A stretch of DNA of 64,000 bases from a virus (lineage: Duplodnaviria > Heunggongvirae > Uroviricota > Caudoviricetes), in the IMG/VR virus record IMGVR_UViG_3300045988_152699; one strand, written 5' to 3'. Below, one piece after another: positions 22,296 through 31,353 of this stretch. The position numbers were made by a program, and so were the translations under genes. The notes under the pieces were generated by a model that made no database searches, was not told the DNA's origin, and saw nothing but the letters and a program-made list of their open reading frames with translations. Position 1 is the stretch's first letter. The number at the start of each line of letters is the position of its first letter.

Positions 22296-23417
22296 TTACA
22301 CAGTATCAATGTGTCTGCTAAGGAATCTCCCGAACTGATTTGTTGACCCAAAATAGTTAGGATAAGCCTTTTTAAGAGATTTAATGTTGTTAGTGGCAAG
22401 CAGCACCGCAATTAATACTTCAGGATCCGCATCATCCTTATTAAGTTCCTGGAGGGCTTGTTCCGATTCTTTTTTCCTAAAAGGTTTCACAGAAACAAGA
22501 AACTTTCCAGTATCCTTGCCATTTTTTGTTATGGCGTTTCTCATCCTCACCAAAAAGAATCCATTATGGTTTTTGGGCAGGCTTTTCTTTAGGTTTGCAT
22601 CTGATGTCAGCTTCATTGCAAATGTATATGTACTTAATTTTGAGCGAACAGATAAAGCCTCCTCCAATGTTTTAAGCTCTGTTTGATAATTTTTGATGGT
22701 TTCATCATCAAGAATACAGGCACCTTCATCATGAGCAACTAGGCATCCAGAAAGATAAAAAAATCTTCTCCACTCAGGGTGACCTTCATTAGAAGTTTTC
22801 AGCTTAATATTTTCAAGTGTATCTATTATCTCCAGACTTGTTGCCCAAGCATGTTGGAGTTCTGTTCTTAGTTGTACTTCGATTTTAGTTTTACTCCACG
22901 GATTGTTACCGTTTTCTTCATCAAAACAACTATATGCAAGGTGAATGCCACTATATCCGCTTGGCTTTGGAGTTAAATAGTCATATTCCTTTAAGATTTT
23001 ATGCTTGGAGCGACTTTTAACTAGTCGGTCTTTTAGTTTCTTTAGTTGTTCGATGTTTCTAACTATAGCTCTACATCCGCCAATATCCTGCATTCTAGTA
23101 AGGGCTATTGCATTATTTGTTGCGCCGCCGTCAAGACTTGGACGCTCCAGTTTATCAATTATTGTGCTAAGTCTTTTTAGGCGTCTTGCAACAATAATCT
23201 TATTCTCTTTATCAACTTTTTTTGCAGCCCTATCAAGATGATTTTTCATTAGCATCAATGGATATAAATGAAGCTCGCGGAAATTTTGAATCATTTTAAT
23301 TGCTTCTTCTCGCTCTGCGCCCTCACAACCATGTCTAATTTTTCTGGCTGCTTTTTCTATTTGAGATTTCGAATATTTAAGTTCGCATTTTTGGCTTTGA
23401 TATACTTCACTGCCCAT
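22296..23417 (-). CDS. Fused toxin-antitoxin with a RelA/SpoT (toxSAS) nucleotidyltransferase domain, CapRel-like antiphage protein
   Basis: RelA/SpoT synthetase motifs DIGGCRAIV, G-loop GYSGIHLAY and EVQLRTELQHAWAT; a ~170-aa C-terminal extension; single gene at the position of the P1 res/mod locus; likely start is the second or third ATG (the track start is TTG). Confidence 0.75.
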   Translation of the reverse strand: MGSEVYQSQKCELKYSKSQIEKAARKIRHGCEGAEREEAIKMIQNFRELHLYPLMLMKNHLDRAAKKVDKENKIIVARRLKRLSTIIDKLERPSLDGGATNNAIALTRMQDIGGCRAIVRNIEQLKKLKDRLVKSRSKHKILKEYDYLTPKPSGYSGIHLAYSCFDEENGNNPWSKTKIEVQLRTELQHAWATSLEIIDTLENIKLKTSNEGHPEWRRFFYLSGCLVAHDEGACILDDETIKNYQTELKTLEEALSVRSKLSTYTFAMKLTSDANLKKSLPKNHNGFFLVRMRNAITKNGKDTGKFLVSVKPFRKKESEQALQELNKDDADPEVLIAVLLATNNIKSLKKAYPNYFGSTNQFGRFLSRHIDTV

Positions 23418-23480
23418 TACTAACATCCAGTTCAAATGATTAATGTGTTGTTACATATAATAACAAATCAAGCTAGAAAT

Positions 23481-23507
23481 CAATGGGTATGAAAATGAAA
23501 CATACCC
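23481..23507 (-). terminator. Stem-loop ATGGGTATG-(9 nt loop)-CATACCCAT between the unknown ORF and the RelA/SpoT-domain gene
   Basis: 9-bp perfect stem; the downstream sequence is only moderately T-rich. Confidence 0.35.
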
Positions 23508-23529
23508 ATAATGTTACCTAACGTAACTA

Positions 23530-24171
23530 TTATAAATAGTTCTGTTTACCTGTTAATTCTCCTTGCGGCACTTGTTTTTGCGTTAGTGTTTGAGTTCCGC
23601 GAATTATGTTAATCAGGGGACTTAGTAATGATGGTTCCTGATGGGCCTCAACTTCTCCAGCCATTGCCCTGATGTAGTCGGCGCTGGCAACGTTGTTGTA
23701 TTCCGTCGCAAAGCAACATAGTAACGTCAGAACATGTTCTGTCGTTATTTCGCTCCAGTTGATGTTGAAAAATTCATCGCCTTTTTTATCGTGTTCGGAA
23801 TCGAAGATGCTTTGGTGAAGGATGTATTTGCCGGATTCCTTGCGCGGTAACTTGATCGCTTTCTGGCGTTCCAATTCCTTGTAAATCTGCATTGCTTCAA
23901 TCAGTACCGGTCTGCCGTTCATGAAGGGATCACGCAACCTTACACGCTGGCCAACTCGACCGGTAATAAAGCTGTTTTCCTCTTCCACCAGCACGATAAA
24001 ACCCTTTTCCTCTTTTTCTCGCAATTCGCGCAGCAGCTGGAGTTCCATATCGCGGCGGCGTTCAGGGTAGCTGGTCCGCTCAGCCATTATCAGCTCATTG
24101 TTGATCCATGCAGCAGTCATTGACGCCGGTTTGCCGACGCTCATTGAAACAACGCATATTTTCTTATCCAT
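23530..24171 (-). CDS. Hypothetical protein between ref and the RelA/SpoT-domain gene (possibly the P1 mat equivalent)
   Basis: 213 aa from the ATG at 24171 (AGGGG SD upstream; the track start at 24198 is GTG); no recognisable motif; occupies the position of P1 mat. Confidence 0.45.
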   Translation of the reverse strand: MDKKICVVSMSVGKPASMTAAWINNELIMAERTSYPERRRDMELQLLRELREKEEKGFIVLVEEENSFITGRVGQRVRLRDPFMNGRPVLIEAMQIYKELERQKAIKLPRKESGKYILHQSIFDSEHDKKGDEFFNINWSEITTEHVLTLLCCFATEYNNVASADYIRAMAGEVEAHQEPSLLSPLINIIRGTQTLTQKQVPQGELTGKQNYL

Positions 24172-24359
24172 AGCGCCCCTACAAAAAAGAAAAGCCACCA
24201 GCGGCGGCTTAGCAATACAACTGAAGGTAGCGCCCGGTACTCAGACTGTGCCGTCCATGGAATATTTGAAAAGGGATCCATCCGTACCGGGCGTGTGATG
24301 ATTCTGACTCAAGTCACTTGTCAGTTGTCAATCATTTAAGATTAAAAATAATATATTTA

Positions 24360-24920
24360 TTAGTGCATGATGTTTGCCATTTCATAGGCGTCAGCCAGCA
24401 ACTCCATCTCTGACTTGTTCAACAAGGTGAATTCTTTCTTGCCTCCTACCACGCCATCTGCATGAACAGGGACCAGCCAAGGGTATTTTTCTCTTACTTC
24501 AGCCGGTGCTGCATGCTGGTGGTGCCATCTGCAAAGGGGCAATTGCTTTTTGTGACAACCCGGCGCGGTACGACCGGAGATATGGTGCAGAGACACCTCT
24601 TCAGATATTACTCCATGCATGTAGCAGGCAATGCAGGGGAGAGTGCCAAGAGCATTGGCGATGGTCCGTTCCTCCGCCGTCGGTGTTCGCCCCTTCAAGC
24701 CACGAGATTTTATTTTTACCGCACTTTTCCGCGTTTTGCTGGCTGGTGGGCGCTCTTTCTGTTTAGCGATACGGCGGTCGATAGAATCCCGCATTTTCTG
24801 ATATTGCGATTCTCGCCAGGCGGGGTCAGCCAACTTTTCCCGTTGCCGAGCGATCGCTCGTTCTCTGGCTGCCTTCTGCCACTCGCGGCGCTGTTCAAGT
24901 TTTTGTTCGATTGTTTTCAT
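24360..24920 (-). CDS. ref: Ref, HNH-family endonuclease (recombination enhancement function)
   Basis: 186 aa with an HNH-like Cys/His cluster (CIACYMHG…HHISGRTAPGCHKK…CRWHH) and a basic N-terminus; position next to cre as in P1. Confidence 0.8.
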   Translation of the reverse strand: MKTIEQKLEQRREWQKAARERAIARQREKLADPAWRESQYQKMRDSIDRRIAKQKERPPASKTRKSAVKIKSRGLKGRTPTAEERTIANALGTLPCIACYMHGVISEEVSLHHISGRTAPGCHKKQLPLCRWHHQHAAPAEVREKYPWLVPVHADGVVGGKKEFTLLNKSEMELLADAYEMANIMH

Positions 24921-24927
24921 ATGGCAA

Positions 24928-24953
24928 AAAAAGGCGGCCTAATGGCCGCCAAT
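24928..24953 (-). terminator. Terminator-like hairpin GGCGGCC-ATTA-GGCCGCC plus T7 immediately 5' of the ref start codon
   Basis: Perfect 7-bp GC stem followed by TTTTTTT on the minus strand, ending 5 nt before the ref ATG. Confidence 0.45.
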
Positions 24954-25016
24954 GATGTCAAGGAGTGAAGTAATGGCAACGTCTTCGTAGTTGACAAAAA
25001 CTGCGGCCAAATTATA

Positions 25017-25033
25017 GCAATCAATTAGAGCAA
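25017..25033 (-). promoter_or_regulatory. C1 operator-like site (ATTGCTCTAATTGATTG) upstream of ref
   Basis: 13/17 match to the C1 operator consensus, with an intact ATTGCTCTAAT core. Confidence 0.45.
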
Positions 25034-25127
25034 TGGTAGATATTTTGTTTCTCGCGAATCACATTTTTTCACTTCAGTACCTGTGTGCTATACTCCTTCT
25101 TGATTGATTGGATGCGGAATACAAACC

Positions 25128-25160
25128 CGCTCTTTTGTGCAGCCTGGCTCCTTGCCAGGC
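25128..25160 (+). terminator. Rho-independent terminator on the plus strand (GCCTGGC-TCCTTG-CCAGGC plus T8) with no annotated plus-strand gene
   Basis: Hairpin followed by TTTTTTTT in the plus orientation only. Confidence 0.5.
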
Positions 25161-25166
25161 TTTTTT

Positions 25167-25478
25167 TTATTTCATCATGGAAGCTGTTAACGCTTTGGAC
25201 CTTGCTGAACTGATTGAAAGGGCATTGTTTACCTTACCCAGGAGTTCGCCAAATTCCCCCATCACTCTAGTAAGCCCGCGCCGCGCTTCCTCCTCCGTTG
25301 CATTCATCACAAAATGTTCAGCACTCCGCATGCTTTTAACGGGGAACGCAACAGATATCGAGTCGATATCAGGCATCCTATCGCTCAACTTTACGGTGAC
25401 AATGACAGATGGCGACAGAATATTAGTGCTTACAGACAGCACTACATATTTTCCGTCGATGTTGAAATCCTTTCTCAT
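25167..25478 (-). CDS. Small protein downstream of cre (possible cra equivalent)
   Basis: 103-aa ORF on the cre strand between cre and ref; synteny only. Confidence 0.3.
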   Translation of the reverse strand: MRKDFNIDGKYVVLSVSTNILSPSVIVTVKLSDRMPDIDSISVAFPVKSMRSAEHFVMNATEEEARRGLTRVMGEFGELLGKVNNALSISSARSKALTASMMK

Positions 25479-25493
25479 ATGCCACCATAAATA

Positions 25494-25510
25494 TCAAAGA
25501 ATTAGAGCAA
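25494..25510 (-). promoter_or_regulatory. Weak C1 operator-like site (ATTGCTCTAATTCTTTG)
   Basis: 12/17 match with an intact core, just 3' of cre. Confidence 0.3.
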
Positions 25511-25528
25511 TCATTTACGTGTTAATGG

Positions 25529-26560
25529 CTAATTGCCATCTTCCAGCAGGCGCACCATTGCCCCTGTTTCACTATCCAGGTTACGGATATAGTTCATGAC
25601 AATATTTACGTTGGTCCAGCCACCAGCTTGCATGATCTCCGGTATTGAAACTCCAGCGCGGGCCATATCTCGCGCGGCTCCGACACGGGCACTGTGTCCA
25701 GACCAGGCCAGGTATCTCTGACCAGAGTCATCCTTAGCGCCGTAAATCAATCGATGAGTTGCTTCAAAAATCCCTTCCAGGGCGCGAGTTGATAGCTGGC
25801 TGGTGGCAGATGGCGCGGCAACACCATTTTTTCTGACCCGGCAAAACAGGTAGTTATTCGGATCATCAGCTACACCAGAGACGGAAATCCATCGCTCGAC
25901 CAGTTTAGTTACCCCCAGGCTAAGTGCCTTCTCTACACCTGCGGTGCTAACCAGCGTTTTCGTTCTGCCAATATGGATTAACATTCTCCCACCGTCAGTA
26001 CGTGAGATATCTTTAACCCTGATCCTGGAAATTTCGGCTATACGTAACAGGGTGTTATAAGCAATCCCCAGAAATGCCAGATTACGTATATCCTGGCAGC
26101 GATCGCTATTTTCCATGAGTGAACGAACCTGGTCGAAATCAGTGCGTTCGAACGCCAGCGCCTGTTTTGCACGCTCACCGGCATCAACGTTTTCTTTTCG
26201 GATCCGTCGCATGACGAGTGAAACAGCATTGCTGTCACTTGGTCGTGGCAGGCCGGACCGACGATGAAGCATATTTAGCTGGCCCAAATGTTGCTGGATA
26301 GTTTTCACTGCCAGACCGCGCGCCTGAAGATATAGAAGATAATCGCGAACATCTTCAGGTTCTGCGGGAAACCACTTCCGGTTATTCAACTTGCACCATG
26401 CCGCCCACGACCGGCAAACGGACAGAAGCATTTTCCAGGTATGCTCAGAAAACGCCTGGCGATCCCTGAACATGTCCATCAGGTTCTTGCGAACCTCATC
26501 ACTCGTTGCATCGACCGGTAATGCAGGCAAATTTTGGTGTACGGTCAGTAAATTGGACAT
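25529..26560 (-). CDS. cre: Cre tyrosine recombinase
   Basis: 343 aa; N-terminus MSNLLTVHQNLPALPVDATSDEVRKNLMDMFRDRQAFSEHTWK and the rest match the well-known P1 Cre sequence from memory; cognate loxP lies 419 bp upstream. Confidence 0.97.
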   Translation of the reverse strand: MSNLLTVHQNLPALPVDATSDEVRKNLMDMFRDRQAFSEHTWKMLLSVCRSWAAWCKLNNRKWFPAEPEDVRDYLLYLQARGLAVKTIQQHLGQLNMLHRRSGLPRPSDSNAVSLVMRRIRKENVDAGERAKQALAFERTDFDQVRSLMENSDRCQDIRNLAFLGIAYNTLLRIAEISRIRVKDISRTDGGRMLIHIGRTKTLVSTAGVEKALSLGVTKLVERWISVSGVADDPNNYLFCRVRKNGVAAPSATSQLSTRALEGIFEATHRLIYGAKDDSGQRYLAWSGHSARVGAARDMARAGVSIPEIMQAGGWTNVNIVMNYIRNLDSETGAMVRLLEDGN

Positions 26561-26884
26561 TTAACACTCAGATAATGGTTTTAAGTAAAGTGTACAGGAT
26601 CGGCTCTGCCTTTACCTGTTTATGGTTCTCGTCATAGAAACGCCAGCGACCGCGCGTGCGTTCTATTTTCTCTTCACCGCGCGATAATGACAGTTGACAA
26701 CTATCACGATCAAACCCTTTTGCCCGCCAGTAACCACGGTTTTTCTCAAGCTCAAGATGAGTGGACACTTTAGCAGCTGAATATCCCATTTTTCACCTCT
26801 GATTGATTGGTGGTGCTAAGTGCGCTACGCGAAATCTGGAGCACTAACACTGCCAACATTTCGCAGATTTTACGTAGCGCAACC

Positions 26885-26910
26885 TTGATCAAATGATCAA
26901 GTGATCACTA
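26885..26910. promoter_or_regulatory. Cluster of three GATC (Dam) sites in the cre promoter region
   Basis: TGATCAAATGATCAAGTGATCAC between loxP and cre; Dam-regulated cre promoters are described for P1. Confidence 0.4.
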
Positions 26911-26978
26911 TTTGACCTGATAAGGTATTGAACTGTATGGATTTACAGGTAAATTGATCATGTTCAATAACCCTTAAG

Positions 26979-27012
26979 ATAACTTCGTATAATGTATGCT
27001 ATACGAAGTTAT
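26979..27012. other. loxP recombination site
   Basis: Exact 34-bp ATAACTTCGTATA-ATGTATGC-TATACGAAGTTAT. Confidence 0.97.
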
Positions 27013-27055
27013 TAGGTCTGAAGAGGAGTTTACGTCCAGCTGCGCATAAAAATCA

Positions 27056-27072
27056 AGAATTATTAGAGCAAT
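27056..27072 (-). promoter_or_regulatory. C1 operator (ATTGCTCTAATAATTCT)
   Basis: 15/17 match to consensus; in the loxP-coi intergenic region. Confidence 0.55.
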
Positions 27073-27138
27073 AAATTTTGAGAGAAAAATCCCACTCCAC
27101 CAGCCAAAAACTGGATTGTTTTTCATAGTTGTTTGACA

Positions 27139-27155
27139 ATTGCTCTAATAAATTA
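27139..27155 (+). promoter_or_regulatory. C1 operator (ATTGCTCTAATAAATTA) overlapping a TTGACA -35 element
   Basis: 16/17 match to consensus; TTGACA immediately upstream and a TATAGT-like -10; upstream of coi/c1. Confidence 0.65.
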
Positions 27156-27393
27156 TAGTTTTGCCGCCGTTTCGTAATACGACTTTGGATTCACTATTTA
27201 ATGTGTCTTCAGCGTTGTAGAGCGGCTCAGAAGGAAATGAGCAAACAGGGAAACCTTATACAACGGCATTACAGCTATGCATTGCTCATCTTACACACAG
27301 CGCAATGTTGTTAGATTACCCCAGCATGGATCATGGGTGAAACAGTAGGTCAGAGCTTCAGGCTCTGTGTTGTCAATACAGTGAGGCATAATT

Positions 27394-27603
27394 ATGGCTT
27401 TCATTCCACCAACCATCGACGACGTTAGACATTGCTCTAACGCTTTATCTGTAGACCCCGCCGAAACCGACGCTGCCCGCGCCATTGCTGAACACTACTC
27501 AAAGATATCCAATCAGGAGTACCGCATCACCCAAGACGACCTGGATGATCTCACTGACACAATCGAATATCTCATGGCCACTAACCAGCCAGACTCACAA
27601 TAA
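27394..27603 (+). CDS. coi: Coi, C1 inactivator
   Basis: 69-aa ORF immediately upstream of c1, as in P1. Confidence 0.75.
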   Translation: MAFIPPTIDDVRHCSNALSVDPAETDAARAIAEHYSKISNQEYRITQDDLDDLTDTIEYLMATNQPDSQ

Positions 27604-27713
27604 ATGCACTAATAAATCTATTATTTTCGTTGGATCCTTCTATAATGGTGGCCAACAACTCCCAGTGTAATCCGCTGTGAGTTGTTGGCCATGTCAATTC
27701 TGGAGGAGGATCA

Positions 27714-28565
27714 ATGATAAATTATGTCTACGGCGAACAACTGTACCAGGAGTTCGTCAGCTTCAGGGATCTCTTTCTAAAAAAAGCTGTTGCACGCGCC
27801 CAACACGTTGATGCCGCCAGCGACGGTCGTCCTGTTCGCCCGGTTGTCGTTCTGCCGTTCAAAGAAACGGACAGCATTCAGGCTGAAATTGATAAATGGA
27901 CTTTAATGGCGCGGGAACTGGAACAGTACCCAGACCTCAATATCCCAAAGACTATTTTATATCCAGTGCCTAACATCCTTCGCGGTGTGCGTAAGGTTAC
28001 TACTTATCAGACAGAAGCTGTGAACAGCGTCAACATGACCGCTGGCCGCATTATTCATCTGATTGATAAGGACATTCGCATCCAGAAAAGCGCGGGGATC
28101 AATGAGCACAGTGCGAAATACATAGAGAACCTGGAAGCAACAAAAGAGCTAATGAAGCAGTACCCGGAGGATGAAAAATTCCGTATGCGTGTACACGGCT
28201 TTAGCGAAACAATGCTGCGCGTCCATTACATTTCCAGTAGCCCTAACTACAATGATGGTAAATCAGTTAGTTACCATGTGCCGCTGTGTGGTGTGTTTAT
28301 CTGCGATGAAACTCTCCGTGATGGAATCATCATCAACGGTGAATTCGAGAAAGCAAAATTTAGCCTTTATGACTCTATAGAACCGATCATCTGCGACCGC
28401 TGGCCGCAGGCAAAAATATATCGCCTGGCAGATATTGAAAATGTAAAAAAACAAATTGCCATCACTCGCGAAGAGAAAAAGGTCAAATCAGCCGCATCAG
28501 TTACGCGCAGCCGTAAAACTAAGAAGGGGCAGCCAGTAAACAGCAACCCCGAAAGCGCGCAATAG
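27714..28565 (+). CDS. c1: C1 repressor of lytic functions
   Basis: 283-aa ORF after coi and beside pacB; about a dozen copies of its 17-bp operator are present in the window. Confidence 0.85.
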   Translation: MINYVYGEQLYQEFVSFRDLFLKKAVARAQHVDAASDGRPVRPVVVLPFKETDSIQAEIDKWTLMARELEQYPDLNIPKTILYPVPNILRGVRKVTTYQTEAVNSVNMTAGRIIHLIDKDIRIQKSAGINEHSAKYIENLEATKELMKQYPEDEKFRMRVHGFSETMLRVHYISSSPNYNDGKSVSYHVPLCGVFICDETLRDGIIINGEFEKAKFSLYDSIEPIICDRWPQAKIYRLADIENVKKQIAITREEKKVKSAASVTRSRKTKKGQPVNSNPESAQ

Positions 28566-28590
28566 TTTTCCATCCGGCATGGTCAAATTG

Positions 28591-30075
28591 TTATTCATTA
28601 AGCCATGCCAGAGCTTCATCAACCTGCGCTTCGTCTTCGACGCTAAGCACTTCATCTTGGGGAACATAGTTCGCCAACATAGCGAAACAATATGTATCCC
28701 AATGGTCCGGTGAGTGCAGGTTGAGTTTTTTCTTCATATCTTCCTTTGACATCACCTTCCATTGACCTGCGGAATTTATCCCTACCGGTATCTTTGATGC
28801 TTCCTCTATAGTCGCAGCCCCCTTATCAAGCCTCATACGCCCTGATTTTACAGCTTCTGCCGCCTGAATATTCGCGAAAGCGCGCATATCGAAATAAAGG
28901 CTTTTATCTTCACGGCTGTGCATCTTTTTACCCCAGCGGATACGCTGGACGGTAATGCCATAGCGTTCGTACATTAGATCAGCCGTCGATTTCCCCAAGC
29001 CATCGCCATCAATAGCTATGGTTATGTTCGGGAACCGTTCTGGGTTACATTCTGCGAAAATCTTGGCGGCTAACTGCGTTTCTGTAACGTCTGTGTATTC
29101 CAGCATACGATAGTTGATTACACGGCGTTTATTTCGCTGGCCGGACACCATCATGATATTAATAACGGACTTATCTCGTCCTGTGCCACCAGCAACGTCA
29201 ACACATGCAACCCAGCCCCATCCTTTGGCAATCTTGACCTTTCGCCGCGTCGCCCGCTCAACCTCATCACGACCAAGAAGAAAGCCATCTTGAGATTTGG
29301 GAAATTCACCACGTACTTTGATCATGTACATGGGGTTATCACGACCGCCATACTCCGCAAGTTTTGCTCGTATAAATTTTGCATCTACAAGCGGAGATTC
29401 TTCACTATTCAGTATTATCGCAGTAAACAATCCATCAGGATTTCCCGGGCGAATAGCTAGTCTGTGGTGTGAATCGTAGAAATAGCCTGAAGGTCGCGTA
29501 GGCTGGGAAAGAAGCAGAATACGGTTATCCTTACCGGTCAGCGCACCTGTTATCACACTGAATGCTTTATCACTCACACCCGACGCTTCGTCGATGATAT
29601 ACAAGAGATGATCGGCGTGTTCACCAGCCAACGCCTCCTCATTTCCGGGGCGACAGGACTTTATCAATATTGTCCAAACACCCTTGCCAGTCACCTCAAA
29701 AAAAGACGTTTCTGTAAGAATGAAATACTTCGACAACCACGGGAATCTGCTAACAGCAGTAGCCCAATTGCTCTTTATGTATTTGAAAATACCATCAAGG
29801 ACTTGCTGTCTTTTGTTAGCGACCAGAATGACGCGAGCGCCGGGGAAAAACATGATGAAGAGTATTGCAATGATACTCGTCATATCCGATTTACCAGTAC
29901 CATGGCCGGAGGTCACACTTGTCCAACTGCCGTCCTGCTGCGTGGACTCAATGATCTCATCCTGCTGCCAGGTTGGTGTCTTCCCAAACAACACATCAGC
30001 GGCCGCAATCCAGTCATAACGATATAGCGCCACCAGCTCGCGCCAACGTGGGTCCGTTACGCAACTTCTGGCCAT
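28591..30075 (-). CDS. pacB: Terminase large subunit PacB
   Basis: Walker A SGHGTGKS, Walker [11 protein letters not shown], and a C-terminal nuclease-like half; downstream of pacA. Confidence 0.88.
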
Positions 30076-31268
30076 TAATCATCATCCCCGTACAGTTTGC
30101 GGGTAACTTCTTCGTCTTCCTCCTCGTCTTCGTCCAGATCCTGTTCAAGCCATGCTTCGTTTGATATGCCTTCCGCATCGACATCACCATAACCACCTGT
30201 ATCGACGATATCGGCAATTTCTTCTCTACGATGCTCAATCCACAATGCCGCATCAGCGCGGCGGCTGGCGGCCCGTTCTCGCGCGATTTTATCCAGATCT
30301 TCAAGTGATGGAGCGCCAGATGCTGTTTGGTTTTCCTCATCATCGGTATTGGTCTTAGGAGCACGCAGATCGGCTTTGATTTGCTCCAGCATCAGGGGCG
30401 GCACTTTTCCTCCATGCGCCTCGATGAATTCAGCCGCTTCCAGCACTGACCAGTTATTTTCACGCTTTCGTTCGTATGCCAGCTTAACAATGCCAGCTTG
30501 CCCCATAGATAAAGCGTGCTTTTCCGCCTCCCGGCTTTCTTTTCGATAGTTATTCCGGATGCTGTAAATGGTGTTGATCAGGCTGCTTATCTGCGCGGAA
30601 CAGCTGTTTAGCATGCTCGCGATACGGTATTCAGGCGGAGTACCTTCATCATCGTCTTTTTGCTGATCGCGCATTTCCTGCACTAGGCGAATACACGTAT
30701 CCCTGGCGTTCTCCAGCATAAGGAGATGAGAAAGAGACTTTTCCAGAAGAGTGGTTTCCAGAACATCGGCCCCGGACCGACGCAACATAGCGCGCGCGGC
30801 CTTCCGCGCTTCAACGTTATCTATCAGGTAATCGCCAGCTTCGAATTCAAAGCGTTCACCATCATCATCCAGGGTGTCGCGTTCCAGGCGATCACGTAAG
30901 GTCCGGTGGGCGCGGGTGATCACGTCATGATCATCTGAACGATCATTTATGCGCTTATTTTGGCGCTTCGCATTCTCGACTGCGGCACTGACAACGGCAT
31001 TAACTCTTTGTTTTTCCGCTATTTCAGCCGAAATATGATCACCTGCATGTTGATCATTAGAGTGATCAATGATCATGCTTTTTAGTGGCTTCCTGACTGG
31101 CTTATTTGGCTTGCGGCTGTCCGTAGTCCTGGTGTCTTCTTTAAAGGCACGGAGATAACGACGTGCGGTATTAGGGTTAAGATTAAACTCGGCGGCATAC
31201 TGTGCGATGGTGTAACCACCATCTCGCGCCAGGCGAGCAAAATTCTTCTTGTGATCGTCCCAGGTCAC
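30075..31268 (-). CDS. pacA: Terminase small/pac-recognition subunit PacA
   Basis: 397-aa ORF containing the clustered TGATCA/G hexamers of the pac site; N-terminal HTH-like region. Confidence 0.8.
30917..31076. other. pac packaging site: two clusters of TGATC(A/G) hexamers (3 and 4 copies) flanking about 95 bp
   Basis: GATC at about 30918, 30929, 30941 and 31037, 31052, 31064, 31071, inside pacA, matching the described P1 pac architecture. Confidence 0.65.
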
Positions 31269-31353
31269 TTATGCTTCCTTTCGTAAAAACTCTTTTTGAC
31301 GCGAGGGTAACGAAAGTCACATGTCAAAAGGCCCGGAACGGGCAAGCAATCAA

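Noticed and set aside
22259-24359. Type III restriction-modification genes (res/mod) or IS1 expected from P1 synteny
   Set aside because: No ORF in this interval or elsewhere in the window has DEAD-box restriction-subunit or N6-adenine mod motifs of the right size, and no transposase is present.
25108-25599. 163-aa plus-strand ORF between ref and cre
   Set aside because: It spans a strong plus-strand intrinsic terminator and C1 operator-like sites and overlaps the more plausible minus-strand ORF; probably non-coding.
26568-26789. 73-aa ORF between cre and loxP
   Set aside because: It lies in the roughly 420-bp cre promoter region that contains the GATC cluster, where no gene is recalled in P1; no convincing SD; probably spurious.
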